From Podarcis bocagei (Eukaryota), in assembly GCA_964188305.1 (NCBI GenBank), contig OZ076894.1: 64,000 bases of DNA. One strand, 5' to 3'. The number at the start of each line of letters is the position of its first letter. The stretch's first letter is position 1. The notes below the pieces were generated by a model. It saw only the letters and a list, made by a program, of their open reading frames with translations, had not been told where the DNA came from and did no database searches. Made by a program: the position numbers and the translations under genes. Below, piece after piece: positions 23,444 to 37,400 of the stretch.

Positions 23444-23549
23444 ATATAAAAAAATTCCTTCCAGTAGCACCTTAAAGACCAACTAAGTTAGTTCTTGGTA
23501 TGAGCTTTCGTGTGCATGCACACTTCTTCAGATACCAAGAAGATACTTC
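23444..23549 (-). mobile_element. Penelope-like-element-derived short insertion
   Basis: 11-bp TSD TTCTAGCTGCA; identical core to 15742-15868. Confidence 0.8.
23492..23541 (-). ncRNA. type I hammerhead ribozyme motif with extended 10-bp helix I
   Basis: UUCUUGGUAU-CUGAAGA-A-GUGUGCAUGCACAC-GAAA-GC-UC-AUACCAAGAA on the minus strand. Confidence 0.75.
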
Positions 23550-26274
23550 TTCTAGCTGCAGTTCATTCATTTTCAGCTTTGTATTCTTCTTATAAAAAAG
23601 TGCACCTAGATATTTTGTTGTTGCTCCCATAACCTAGGTTTAAGGTGCCATTTAGCTCCTAGCTTTCATATCTCAGTTTCTAACATTGAAGGCAAGTGGT
23701 TACTCCCACCTCCACAAATTTTTTTCTCTTCATGCTTCATTCTAGATAGATTAGACTAGGAGTCCCTAAACTTCCTGTTCCTGTTGGCACATGTGGAATT
23801 GTGTGTGTTGTGGATCTTAGTTAGAAAATGGCTGTTCCAGGGCATGGAAAAAGAAGAATATAAAAGGTGGATCAGAATTGTTCCACTTGCACAATTTTTA
23901 TATGAGATTTTCCCCAGATTTCCCCCATCAAATAACAGGCCACATTCGTCTTCATGGGCTGACCTGTAAAAAAACCCTGCAGATCCAGCATTTGTCAGCA
24001 CTGTCATGGCACAGAACAAATCATCCTGGGTGGGATTCATCTAATGAGCTCTGTCACTGAAAGCCCAGCAAAGGGACTCTTGATTGCACAACGAAGCTTC
24101 TCCCCCTTTCCTCTCTCTGCATGGCCTTGTGCCCCCTGAAATTGGCTCGGGGTGGTGGGTGGAACTCTCAGAATAGTGCAGTGGGAAGGGAAGGAGATAG
24201 AAATTGTTCTGTCTGGCAAGCCAAAAAGCTGATAGAAAGGTTATTTTTTTTTTGGGGGGGTGATGCTTAATACCTCCCCATGATTTTTACAAGGCATGTC
24301 CCCCAAGCCACCAACTGAATAAAGCTGGCATTGATTTCTGTGGATAGCGTTGGAACAGTGTTTACAGTGGTAAAGAAAACCTCACCTTAGACAGGGATCT
24401 TCATTGATTTTTATGGTTGTTACATGGGATCCCCCCCCCCACAAAACGCATCTGTGGACACAGATATGAACTGTGATTTGATTGTGGTTTTAGAGGGATT
24501 CCTTGTGAAAATCATGAGGATCCATGAGCATGAAGATCTGTGACCTGAATCCATGTTTTTGTGCTATGGTGGCTCTGACAAGTGCTGGATTGGTGTTTTG
24601 TCTTTACAGTGCAAGCAATAGAAACTAATGTCAGTTTTAATTTGTGGTGAATGATTTGGTGGGCATGCCTTATATGGACCTGTGAGACTCCATACCTTGG
24701 ATCAATGTTTTTCTGCCATGATGGTGCTAGCGCCGGTGATACTTAATTCCATGCACACACACATGTGATTGTAACTTCAGAGCACTAAATTTTTGAAGAA
24801 CTGCAGTCTTTACCTGTACAGTTGTGAACTTCATTGCTTTAAACAGAATTTCCTCTGACACTTGAATATAATTGCGTCTGACTTTCTGACAGTTTGTTCT
24901 CAGATCTTCTGCTATAAATGTCACTTCTTTTTGGGCAGTGAGTGTTGGGCATGTGACTAATTTCTGTTTACATTTAAAGATTGAAATTGCACATACTGAT
25001 AGAGGAAGATGAATAGTTTGGCATACGACCCTTGCTTTTCTCCATTCTGTTAATTTAGCATCCACCTTCTCCCTCCTCCTCATTTCTGTCTCAGGAATAA
25101 TTGTGAAATTGACACCACTTGGTTGTACAAGAAATCTGGAAATGAATGATGCAAGCAAGAGGTGTCTGTGCACTGCTGTTGGATGAACCTGCAGGCATTT
25201 GGTTGCAGCTTTCCACATTTGCTAATGATTAGTTCAGTGATAAAGGCTATTTTGTTTAAACTCTGCAGTTTAGGGTTCTTGGCGCTGCTCACAGAGCCAC
25301 ATGATGTTTGTTGCTTTATTTCCATGACCAAATTGTGATTTCTAAGCAAATAATTTACAATGGAAAACCACACCACAGTTTATGAAATAATCTGTGTTTG
25401 GTTGCCCTAGCTATAATTTTACCAAAGTATGCTAACTTCAGTCTTTCTTCCCCCCCTTCCCCGCTCCCCATTAATGGAGACTGGCAACTTTAAGGAAGTG
25501 TTCTCTGAAGATGCCTTGTGTCATAATCACTATTTTAGCTGCCTCAGAATCTGGTGCCATTACAGATATTTGAAAATGAAGAAATAACCTTTAATGAGAA
25601 GCAACATAGGCAAGAGCTACACAGATAAGTGTTGCCTTTTTATGGCAGAGAGAGAGAGCTCAGATAGGACCACTTACTTCTATGCTATGTCCAAATTCTC
25701 ATTCATATTTATATTGACTGTGGGAGGGGGTATGCATGGCCCCAGAGTTGCACCTGTAGCTCTCTGCATTAAAATTAGAATGGAGTGAACAGATGCCAAA
25801 TTTGAAGACAGTTCTTTGAATGCGTCCCAGAACAATTCTTCATATCCCTCTTAATTTTTTCAGCTAGACCCTCCCATGTTTTGTTTTTTAGACTTTCTTA
25901 TGTGGCACATATGCTAATCAGGATATCAAGGGTTGGGACAGGGATTGATGCAAAGTTTGTAGTATATTATTTTGAAGCTAGTGTTCAAATCCCACTGAAA
26001 GGGGATTTGAGTGTGGCATTAGTTGGAACATGTTGGCTGTTTTATGTACAGTGCGGTGATATAGTATACTTAAACTTAGATACTGAAGCTAAAGGAAATT
26101 CAGTTTTGTTACTGTTAAGTTTTCCTCTTTTTCCTGCTACTAGGAAAGGTGCCTTTTTGCTAAGTTCTTAATATGAACTATGGAATGAATTCCTTACTAT
26201 GGGTATAATTGTAGCATTGATATTGGATATTAACTAATGTGTTGGTATGGTTCTTGCTCACTTAAACTTTTAAT

Positions 26275-26843
26275 ATGCTCCAAAAAATCTTACGTGTCAC
26301 TTGGGAAGACAGGCAAACTAATATCAGTGTAATGGATGAAACTAAGATCACCTGTGTTGAAGCAATGATTCTTCAACATCAACTTTGTTGGACTGATCAT
26401 GCTGTGTGGATGCCTGATGGTTGTCTTCCAAAGCAACTACTCTATTCTGAACTTAAAAATGGAAAGCGTAATTCTGGTGGTCAACAAAAGAGGTTTAAAG
26501 ACTGTCTCAAGGCAAATCTAAAAAATGTAGTATAAACACTGACAACTGGGAAACACTGGCCTGTGAGCGCTCCCGTTGGAGAATAGCCTTTACCATAGGT
26601 GTCATGGACTTTGAAGACTCTTGAACTCAGAATGCAAGGGATAAACGTGCTAAGAGGAAGGCATGCTTGGCAAATCCACACCATGATCAACTCCCGCCCG
26701 GGAACCAATGTCCACACTGTGGAAGGACGTGTGGGTCCAGAATTGGCCTCCACAGTCACTTACGGACTCGTTGTTAAAACCGTGTTTATGGAAGACAATC
26801 TTACTCGGCTACGAGTGATCGCCAAAGAAGAAGAAGAAGAAGA
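26275..26843 (+). mobile_element. RTE-clade LINE 3' fragment (degraded)
   Basis: LQKILRVTWEDRQTN...LPKQLLYSEL...GGQQKRFKDCLK, C-terminal CPHCGRTCGSRIGLHSH zinc finger, (GAA)n tail. Confidence 0.8.
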
Positions 26844-27689
26844 CTTTGTAGCGTATTCTTATTTGTTGTGGTTTTGTCCGAGAATTGCTTTGAGCACAAT
26901 GTATTTGTGGAAAATGCAGTTTATAAATAAACGGAATATGACTAGGAATACCATTATGCTCCTTTAAGCTCTTTCAGTTCTTGAAACAGGACAAGAAGCT
27001 GTTTACAGCCTTGTTCATTCAATCAGATTTCTGGATAAATTTTTATTTGGCTTCTCTTTGCTATAACTGTCTGCAGAGTTGAGCACCTTTTTAGGATAAG
27101 ATCATTACTTTGGACTTAGTTAGAATACCAGCATGGTCCTTGGTAATGTATTCCCTCTATATATTAATTATGGATATTTAAAGTATGCCCCATTGAACAC
27201 CTCTATAAAAAGAGGGGCCAATTTGAAAAATAGTGGGTGAAGGGCCAGTGGTTAGCAAGAAAGCATCTTTACAATAATTTATTTTCACGCTTGTAGAGAA
27301 AACAAGTGTATGAACCCCTTTGACTTTTTTTAATTTTTAGCTTAGTTAATACCTCTGGCTCACTCCCTCAGTATTTTAAAAAGCTACTTTGTACCATCCT
27401 TAAGTTGTATAGAGAAGAGAGAATTGAATCTACATGTACAGTGTTTCATTGTTAAGTAATCATTACTTCATTACGGAAATTCCAAAAATGTTCTGCAAGT
27501 TGGCTGTGAGTCCTGGAAGCCCTGCTGTGGAACTGTGGAAAGATGGAATACGCTTAAGATTATGTATGTATGTGACCTAATTCAGTTTTTAAGAGAGTCA
27601 GCAGAGCAGTTTTTGTGCTGCTTTTAAAGAATCTATAAATTATCAGAGCGAATACAGTTCTGCATATCATTAAGACTCCCTTGGAGGAC

Positions 27690-28080
27690 AAGGGGTCACA
27701 TAGGTGTGCTATAGGATACTACAGAGAAGCTGAACAAATTCTTTGTATCTGCCTGCACTGCAGAATATGTAGGGCAGATCCTTGTCCAGAACTAGCTTTC
27801 TCAGAAAGTGTTTGAAGATCTGAGGCAAGCGGATAAAGTCTAAAGTTTAGGCCTTATTGACAAATTTAAAAATCACAAACTTAATTGTGAAATTGCTGGT
27901 CGTAACAAAAATATGTAACCTGTCCTTCAAACAGCCTCCATACCTGAAGTCTGGAAAGTGTAACACCTTTTTATGATCCGGGGGGACCTGGGTATTAGCA
28001 TGCTACTTAACATCTGTTTCTGGTGTAAACTATGGAAACTAAATATAACTCAGAGAAAAGAGTATCTAATTGATCAAATA
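27690..28080 (+). mobile_element. old CR1 ORF2 fragment
   Basis: similar to 14520-15700 (GGGCAGATCCTTGT, CTAGGCCT.ATTGACAAA, AAAATATGTAAC, CAGCCTCCATACCTGAAG.CTGGAAAG). Confidence 0.65.
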
Positions 28081-28130
28081 AAAACAACTTGTGCCCTCGT
28101 AGTGGGGGTCATCACTCAAGAATATGCATA

Positions 28131-28372
28131 CAGTGGTACCTCGGGTTACATACTCTTCAGGTTACATACTCTTCAGGTTACAGACTCTGCTAACCCAGAA
28201 ATAGTGCTTCAGGTTAAGAACTTTGCTTCAGGATGAGAACAGAAATTGTGCTCCTGCGGCGCGGCGGCAGCAGGAGGCCCCATTGGCTAAAGTGGTGCTT
28301 CAGGTTAAGAACAGTTTCAGGTTAAGAACAGACCTCCGGAACGAATTAAGTACTTAACCCAAGGTACCACTG
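28131..28372 (+). mobile_element. Tc1/mariner-type MITE, family A
   Basis: TIRs and TA flanks. Confidence 0.9.
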
Positions 28373-28860
28373 TACATGCTTATAGTCTATCAGAACCTAA
28401 CATATAATTTCAGGGTTACATGATAAGTAAGAAAAAAGTAATGGACCAGCTGAAATTTGCAATTCTGCTTCAAGAGTAATTTCTATCGCTACACTTTATG
28501 AGGTCCCTCCCCCCCCCCCCGGATGAATATGTGAGGTTTCCCCCCATGAAACAAACATTCCATGGGCACTTTTTAATCCTTATTCGAATGTATGTGTGTT
28601 GCTTCTTTATAGATAGCAGGTGCTGGAGGTGCAGACAGACTCATTAATGGTATAGAAGGAATAACTTCTGTCTTTGTCTGTAACTGAAGGTGATGGTAAA
28701 TGAAAACTGCTTCAAGGATTTGCAGTTGTGTCTGATTTATAGTTCTTAGATGAAGGAAGCATGTGCAGGAAAGAAAATGAGTGGGAAAGGTGACATTGGA
28801 TGATTAAGCAGAAATTCTATTTTGGGATACATTAAAAAGGAAGGTGCTAGAGATATAAGA

Positions 28861-28947
28861 TAGATGAATATTCTGTATTTGTGTATTTTTATATATAATC
28901 CTTTAGATGAATATTCTGTATTTGTGTATTTTTTATGTATAATCCTT
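28861..28947. repeat. local tandem duplication (~43 bp x2)
   Basis: TAGATGAATATTCTGTATTTGTGTATTTTT...TATAATCCTT twice. Confidence 0.85.
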
Positions 28948-29700
28948 TTTAGTGGGTAGCTAGAAGATTAATGGCTTCTATAAATTGTTTGAATGCTTGG
29001 GGAGGGGAACAACAATATGCACATGGGGAAGACTGGGACTGCTGTTGCCAACTCTTCTTCTAGCTAGCTTTCGTAAAAGTGGGGTGTCCATGGTTTTAAT
29101 TTAGTTTAAGGTATTTTTGTTTCTTCTGAAGCTGACTTTTGAAATCGATTCTGTTTGGTAATTGGGAACTTCATAAGAATGCTTTGTCTTGATTAGCAGA
29201 AGGAAATCCCAATAAAGTGTGATATATTGAATTTCTTCAAACAAATATGAAAGAAACTGTCCTCTGGTTGATTAAGTAAGATTGAGCAGGCAATTAGATG
29301 ATTCTGACTGTATTAGCAAGATTGAAATTGCTCTTCAGTGCTACCAAAAAAGAAAGCTGCTAGTGGTTTCTTCCTCTTTTCTCTCCTGGGAGAAAGTGAA
29401 AATACTATCCTGTGTATCTGCAAAATATATTTACTTATTGCCTAAAATTGCTGTCATTCTCTGCTGAGGTCAGTTTACATAATCACTTGTAGTAGTGCAG
29501 TAAGATTATCACTTGGCAGTAGTTCTGGATTACCCAATAGGCAGACTAAACACATGGTTAGGGCACCAGCATATCAGGGGCAGAAAAATGATTTAATTTT
29601 TGAAATAATTGACACTTGATATTTCAGAAAAAAACATGAAGTAGAGTGTAAGGAAGTTTAACAAAGTTCTGGGAAATAACAGAACTTTATTTAGCTTCCT

Positions 29701-30052
29701 TACTGAGCCACTTGAGCTTGCCGATTAGAAGGTTGGTGGTTCGAATCCCCGCAACGAGGTGAGCTCCCGTTGTTGGGTCCCAGCTCCTGCCAACCTAGCA
29801 GTTCGAAAGCATGTCAAAGTGCAAGTAGATAAATAGGTACCGCTCTGGCGGGAAGGTAAATGGTGTTTCCGTGCGCTGCTCTGGTTTCGGTGTTCTGATG
29901 CGCCAGAAGCAGCTTAGTCCTGCTGGCCACATGACTAGGAAAAACTGTCTGTGGACAAACGCTGGCTCCCTCTGCCTGTAAAGCGAGATGAGCACCACAA
30001 CCCCAGAGTAATCTGTGACTGGACTTAACTGTCAGGGGTCCTTTACCTTTAC
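29701..30052 (+). mobile_element. Sauria SINE (5' end missing or degraded)
   Basis: GGTTCGAATCCCC B box, GTAGATAAATAGGTACC core, (ACCTTT)n tail. Confidence 0.85.
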
Positions 30053-30324
30053 ATTTTTTTACATTCTACTACACTCTCTCTCATTTCTCTGTTCTCTTCT
30101 TGTTACTTATCCCCCCTAAACCAGGGAACGTACTACTAATGTAGATCAGTATAATGAGAGGAAGTCAGATCCTCTTCAGATGTGATCCCTCCCCATAAAT
30201 GTTCAGTGCATGTGACTTTAGGACTAGGCCCTTGGGCATAAAGGGTAATGTCTGGCAGGAAGAGAGTGTGCACATCCATGCCTTTCCTTTATCATTGTAC
30301 AGTGGGCCTGCCACTTATAATCCA

Positions 30325-30447
30325 CAGTGCTTTTTTTCTAGAAAAACAGGTGTCAGTACTCACCATGAAGTTGTTACAGTAAGTGTCACACTTTTTCACC
30401 AAAAAGAGAGAGGTGTACTCTTGAGTACCCCCTGGAAAAAAGCACTG
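30325..30447. mobile_element. short MITE
   Basis: TIR CAGTGCTTTTTT / AAAAAAGCACTG; TSD unclear. Confidence 0.6.
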
Positions 30448-33400
30448 CTTATACGTAATTTACTTTCGAAATTGCGACCTTAGGCACATGGCCGAAAAAT
30501 ATGTACATCGTAGGCTGTCTTTTCATAGTTCAAGCCACGCTCAAGTCGGCTTGCAACAAGGCAAGTTCTACAACCAGCAAACACGAGGAAATATTCCGGT
30601 TGGAATGGTTCGGTCAGAGAGTGTAGTATAATGCTAGATTATCACTGCAGGGATGGGGATCAGGGAGTCACATTGTTTATTGTTATACTCTGAATCCAAG
30701 GGGCTAAAGCAGTGCATAAGCAGCAGATCGATATGCATAAAGGAAACCTTAAATATATAATTCAAGAGCACATACACTTTGGCCTCTGCAATCATTCTTT
30801 GCATTCCGAGAATCCCATCCCCCCCCCCCCAACAATCACACAGATAGAAAACTGAAATCAAATCTTGGGGGCTAAAGCCCTGTGAACTCCCCTGAGATCT
30901 TATGATGAGGGGTAGTATATAAATCTAATATAGGGTTGCCATACGTCTGGAAATTCCTGGACATACCCAGAATTCTGCTGTTGGAAGCAGTGTCCAGGCA
31001 GAAATCCAGGTGGAAAAAAAGCTCAACGACTTTTTTTGTCTGGGTTTTCGCTTAATCTAAATTATTATTTATTAATAAAGCTAGCACACTGAAGAACATG
31101 ACACCTAGTATAAAGGGGGAAGGAATGTATTTATACAATACACAGAAAAATTCCTTATCCCAAGGTAAGAGTCACTACGTAAGGTGCAGAATATGGATTA
31201 TGAAATCCCACTTTCCCTGGGAGGCAGTCTGGGTCAAACCAGTCTCCTGTGTAATGAGTTCCAAATGTGGCTGCTATAACTACAAAAGTCCTGTTCCCTA
31301 TTTTTACTGCCCATGCTTCTCAGAGCAGAGGACATGCAGCAATGCCTCTGTTGTTATATTAATGATAATAGCACAACAGTGGAAATAGTTAACAAATTCA
31401 GTTATTGCAGAAAAACAATAGCATACTTTAAGTGTCTCTAAGGGACAAGAAGATTCTGCTCATTTCTACACAGTATGTTGGGATTTTATCTCATGTAGTT
31501 TAGTTTCTGATTTACATGTATCCCTCCCCACACTGTCTAGAGAAATATGTATGTCATGATCTTTGATTGGGTGTTATTATTTAATATGGCAAATGGGGAG
31601 CCATCCATAGGGATGCATGCTCCCAGCCTGTTGCAAATTCCCTTTTCTGTAATGTTAGGTCTCCCAAACATGGTGGATGATCAGGCGTTCCTTTCTGCTC
31701 CCCTTCATTTTTGATCAGGCATTCCCCACTCTTTGACATGTGTAACTGATCTGGACCGATTATATAATACAACTATTAAGGAATGTGTGTGGGCCCATGG
31801 CTGTGTTCCCTAAAAGTGGCCAGTGTTCTGTCTTCATCAAACTCTTAGTAATTTTTTTAATCATTGTGAAAATTACATCTACAACTTGGGTGGAATCTAC
31901 ACACACACAAACACTGCGAAAATGTTTTTAAAAATTTTGTTTTGAAAAATACATTGAATTTTGCGTAGCTCGCTGTCACCATCTAGTGTCACATTTTTAT
32001 ATTGCACTCTACAACACATTTGAAACGTTTTATTTGCAGCTGTGTAGCTAGCTGAGCCTTAGGACTGAAGGAGATTTAAATCAACTAAATGGAACCATTA
32101 CTGTAGTCCATAATACATTGTAGTGCATGTGGGTAGCTTTGGCTCATGAACATGCAATATTCCCTTCCTTGTTAACTTCAGTCTCTTGCGTTATTCGTAA
32201 TCAAAACCTTATTTACTACTATTTGATTCTTCACCATCACTTACCTACTTTGATAGGGCGTTTGTGTTGCAGCCCCTGCTCAGAAATAGCATTTGCCTTG
32301 CAGTGTTGTTCTAGAAAATGTCCCTTACTCCAGAGTGCCTTGCATTGCTGTTCAGACCCCAAAAGCTTTTAAAGAAGCTGTCAAATTAGAAATGGCAGTG
32401 CCAGATGGAAATGCTGCACCTACTGTGACTTGCTAAATTCAATAAAAGGTTAATGGTACTTTTTGTATTGTATTGGCAGGTTTGGTGATGACAGTGTTGT
32501 CAACCCCACAGCATGAGAACAGTAGAGCCATTAATAAATTACATAGTACTGCCAGTGTGTAATACTTTACAGATGTATTCTCATTCTTCCACTTGCTCTT
32601 ATGTGGAGGTGGAATGTGTCATGAAACCTAAATTTGCAGTTGGTCACTATGTTTCCTTTAATAACAACACCATACATCATTTAACCCTACACTTTTCTGG
32701 ACTTTGAAATCACTTCATACTTTCAGTTAACCACATAACAGTCCCATAGGGCAGGGATTACCAACCTTTTGGGGCAGATTTGCAGACTGCATGGTGACCC
32801 TAACTTCAGTGGTGGGAACGGACCATTTGGGCGCCACGAAAGGCCTTTGCTTGAGTCTGAAGATGAAGCTTCTGTTAAGCCCACCTAGTATCTTCATTTG
32901 GGGGATTTGAATTGGGAACTTCCTGAGTTGCATTAAAAATCAGATAGAGTCTTATATAGGCCGTCCATGCCAAAGCTCATTGTTCAGAATTCAATAATTA
33001 TTACCATTTGAGTACAGATTCTCACATTATCTGAATCACATAAACAAGGATCCCCTGGGATTTTCTGCTCGCTTATTGATTGATTGAATCAGGATTGTTA
33101 AATAAGATGGAATGTAAACTGGTGTAGAACGAACTTTTGACATAACCTGGAGTGTAGCAAATTTAATGCAAGTTTGGAGCGAAGGGGGCTTGTGATTTTA
33201 GATGGTAAGAGAGCCTGTTCTAGCTAATGCTTTCTCATCCTTCCATCCTGGAAGTACTTGATTAAAAGGTACCTTTGCTTGGGATGCCTTCCTCAAAGAG
33301 CATTTGCTTGTTGTGGTTATTCAGAGTCATGGAGAGCAATTGCATATGATCATACCCATTGTTCTTGTTGCTGTTACTACTACATCATATCTTCCATAGT

Positions 33401-34023
33401 TGGCTGCTAGTATTGAAAGAGGTCCTAGAGTTGTGCTCTGGGAAACGGTTTTCCATTAGATCCTTCATCTTTGGCAGGCTTTTAAGGGAAAAGGAAAGTG
33501 ATGAGCACAAAGAAGTAATGTGTATAAGAAAGGGGAGATGCACTTGGAAGAGGAAAAATAAGAACTAAGGCAATAAGAGGAGGAGACTGGGTCCTATCCA
33601 CACCATGTATAATTGGTGATGCACATGCTATTTCTGCCCTTTTCAGCAGTTTGTATTTCTGGATGCCTAGAATTTAGCAATCCCTGTCATAACTCTGAAT
33701 AGTCACCATAGCAGTTGTAGATTTTGTTATTACAAAAATAGGAAATTGCTTCATTGTGTGCCTAAAATCCCTCATTAGTCATCGTCACATTGATTTTGAG
33801 AGATAACTTCTTCTTTCTTTTGCCCAAGTAATGACAGAAATGTTTCTCTTACTTTCAGGCTAAATTAACTTTTTGACTGAAGGGGTAGCTTTACATTGGA
33901 GTGGTGATATTTCAGTAAATAGCTGGGATAAATTTTTTAACTCCATGCTGAATTGTACCTTTTTAAAAATTCAATTTAGCTATTTTTCTTTCTAAATTAT
34001 TTTGCTTTGTTTAAATGTCAGTG

Positions 34024-34431
34024 TGTCAGGGAACTGCCATCGGAGGAACAGGTGGTGGAGGGGCTCAGGGAGGAAGGAAGAGACTCAACAGCCGAAGCAG
34101 GAACCAGCAGGGGGAGGAGTGGATCTCTGAGGGAATGCGAGCAGGAGGGAGGGCTCAGAGACGCTTCCAGCGAGAACAGTGGGGAGGTATCTGAAGCTCC
34201 CATAGGGAGACCCACGCCTCGCCGGAAACTGTCACGCCGTGAGTCCAGAAGGCGGGTTTCCGTTAAGGAGCTCTTATGCTGGAGACGATTCCGAAAAAAA
34301 CCACTGTCGGAATCTACAAGTGACTAGGGCAGACATGTTTGAGGATCTCTGTCACACACAGAGGTTTGTGGAGTTGCACAAACTCAGAGGGACCACGATT
34401 TTACGCACAAGCAGCTAATCATCCCATCACA
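34024..34431 (+). mobile_element. solo LTR-like element, 408 bp
   Basis: TG...CA termini (TGTCAGGGA / TCCCATCACA), perfect 5-bp TSD CAGTG; GC-rich island in an AT-rich intron. Confidence 0.75.
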
Positions 34432-37400
34432 CAGTGGAAGACCCAGTTAATCTGTCAGGAACAAGTAATATTTGAAACATCTCTGAAAGTCTCATTGTGA
34501 GATATCTGAGCAACTACATATTTTCCAGTTGGCCCAATAGAATGCACCTGGAATTCTTCTAAATGCCTTTTCTAACTTTGCACAAATGTTCTACATTAGC
34601 AGTAACTTTTATGTTGGTCTAAGTCTATTACTTTTTTTTACTGAGGGGAGAGAGTGAGTGAGCCTATTGCAGCTTCAAATATTGTAACGTTAAGAAGTGC
34701 TACTGTGGTATGGTATATCCTGTGAGCCGGTTGTTGTCTCTAAAGTTTTATTATACATCTTTTCAATAATTTGACTCTTAACTTTTGAGAAGAAAGCATT
34801 TTGCTGCACTTTATCCCTGAAAATTATACTAACCTTGTTTCTTCTAACTATGTACTAACCATTCCAACCATGTTGGAATGTGAAAAAAATAAGTTGAGAG
34901 AAGGCAAACAACAACAACAAAATTTAGAAGAAAAGTTATGTGGACTTGACTAATCTTATTCAAAATTTCATGGCAGCAGAGCACCAGGAAATAGTGTCAT
35001 CATAAATGCTGTTTCATAGACTCTCTCTACCACCAGAAAGTGAGCACCTGCCAATCTCTGTCATGCCCCCTAATGTAACCCCCCCCTTTTTTTAGTCTGG
35101 AAAAGAGTGTGCTTTGTAATGAATGTCTTACGTTTACTTGTTGATATGTTACTGATTATACATCATTTGTGCTACCAAAGCTAAGTCTTCATATAGCCTT
35201 ATTTTTCTGAAGATGACAACAGTTCTGGAAGCAACTTTCTTTGTTTACAATACTGTGGTTACTAATAATCTAGCCTTTTTTTGTAGTACCTAACCCAGTG
35301 AAAGTACCCCCACCCCCAATAAAATCCCGGGAAGGAAATGATTTCATTCTCTTGAGGTTGGCAACTAGAATTCAAGAAATGATATAAAAGTCAGTGGCAC
35401 AACTAACACAGCACACTGTCAGAATCCAGAAGGACTCCCACTGTGCCACCTACACAAACCCCATCCACTCTGGAGAGTCAAGAGAACCCCTAGAACAGCA
35501 TTCAGTGGGGGGGGGGCATTGTTCCATCTGACAACCAGAAATGCTTGTGCTAATTGAGCCATCAGTGATAGCAGTTTTAGGAGAGATACCTCTATGCAAG
35601 TAGCTCCATTGTTTTTCATATTACCATGACCCTCACTCTTTCAATATGTGGGTAAACATGAGTCTTCATTTTGCTGTGGATACAGAAAGTGAAATTTTAG
35701 ATTGCAACACTTGCTGGCCCTTCACCACAGTTGAGCAATGGGAATTGGGCCACTAGATTGCTCATGCCCTTGCTGTCTTTAGTCATCATTTGGCATTTCA
35801 TTTGTCTCAGTATGCATGTGGCTGCTTTTTATTTATTTTATTACATTTACACTCTTTGTTTCTTTAGTCATGGCACCTGAGGCAGTGTTTAGTGTGGCAC
35901 ACATGCATTTGTGGGGAGCTGAATTTTGGCACAGTTCAGTGCATGAATAATGCCCTGTCTTTATTCTGGAATTGTTTGGCTGCTCAAAAGAAATAATACC
36001 TAATACAAGTGTAATTTGTGCTCTTGATGTAAGTCCTTGCTGGGCAAGATCTATGAGTCCTTGTTTATCGCGTTAATTTGGAAGTTAGGAATCCTAGATG
36101 TATAGGTAACTTTTGGGTTCTGCAAACACAGCATCTCCACAGTGTTCGAAATTAGCCAGGCACCAGGCACATTTTGCACCAGGCTTTTGACCACTTGCAA
36201 CCAAGTCTAGTTGCCTAGGCACCAAGATGGCGCCTGACATCTGCACCATTTGGAGGTGCATGCCTAGGGATCATTGGATCTGGTTTGTTTTCACACAAAT
36301 ACCCTATCCTGTAGAATTCTTTCAGTTATATTTTATCTACACAATTGGAAAGAATTTCTGGAACCAAAATGCTTTTTCTGTTCAGCCTGAGCAGGTGAAC
36401 TCGCCATTAAGAAAAAGAGGTCGGAATAGGCCAATATATATGTGGACTGTCCCTGGATCAGTGACGTTTCTTCTTTGAGTTCTCAAAGCTCTTAACCAAG
36501 CTCAAGGTTGTCATCTGAACTAACCAGAAGTTCAATTGAGAATCACAGTCAGCCCATCCTTTGAAAAACAAGACTTTAGAGCCGCCTTGCCAAAAAATGG
36601 CAACTAGACATTCTGTTTTGGTGACTGTAACCTTGGTTTAAGCAGCCATTTGGCACCTAGCTTATACATCTGAAGTTTCCAGCATTGCATCTGCCATAAT
36701 GCCAGAGCTATCGTTTAGACTAGGGCTGGAGAACCTATAGCCCTCCAGATGTTATTAGACTCCAGAGCCCATTAGCTGCGGGCTGTGTCCAATGCTTTGG
36801 TACGATGGCTGTTGTAGCCCAACAGTGTCTGCAGGGCCAGAGATTCCCTGCGCCTCTTTCTAGACTGTAAAATTCTAATAAAGCACATTACTCCTGTGTG
36901 TTGGTACAGTGCCATAGACACTCTTGACACAAGTGAAGTACAAATTGTAATGACACATGAAGAATGCATACGTCAGGCATTTCTAAATGGCCCTATATGT
37001 GAATTTGAGTGGCTTTTCTCCTCCCACACTTTGTTCCCCCCTGTTCTTTCTAAAGGCTACATTAATCAGCATATGTTAGTTGACACAAGCAGGGAGGGGG
37101 GACCTTGCCTGAAGCAGAACGGGTTCATCATCCTATGACAAACAAGTCCGGCAGTACTGCTGGATAGAACAGCAACCCTTTGCCTCTGTCGTCAAGCCAG
37201 CTTGCACACTGGTACAGCAAGCTCCAGGAGACTCCAGTGCAAAGCTCTGAGTTTCGCCTGGATTGCCTGAAGTATTTTTGCTGCATGTGGGGCTACCAGC
37301 AGTAGATAATAACAAGAAACAGGCGGCTGCTGTTATTTTCTTTCAAAAAGAGAAGATTTAAAACTTAAAGATGCCTGCAAAGAACCTGAAAAGCACCAGG

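Noticed and set aside
24727-25218. 163-aa minus-strand ORF
   Set aside because: No recognisable homology, motif or splice context; likely a chance ORF in intron 1
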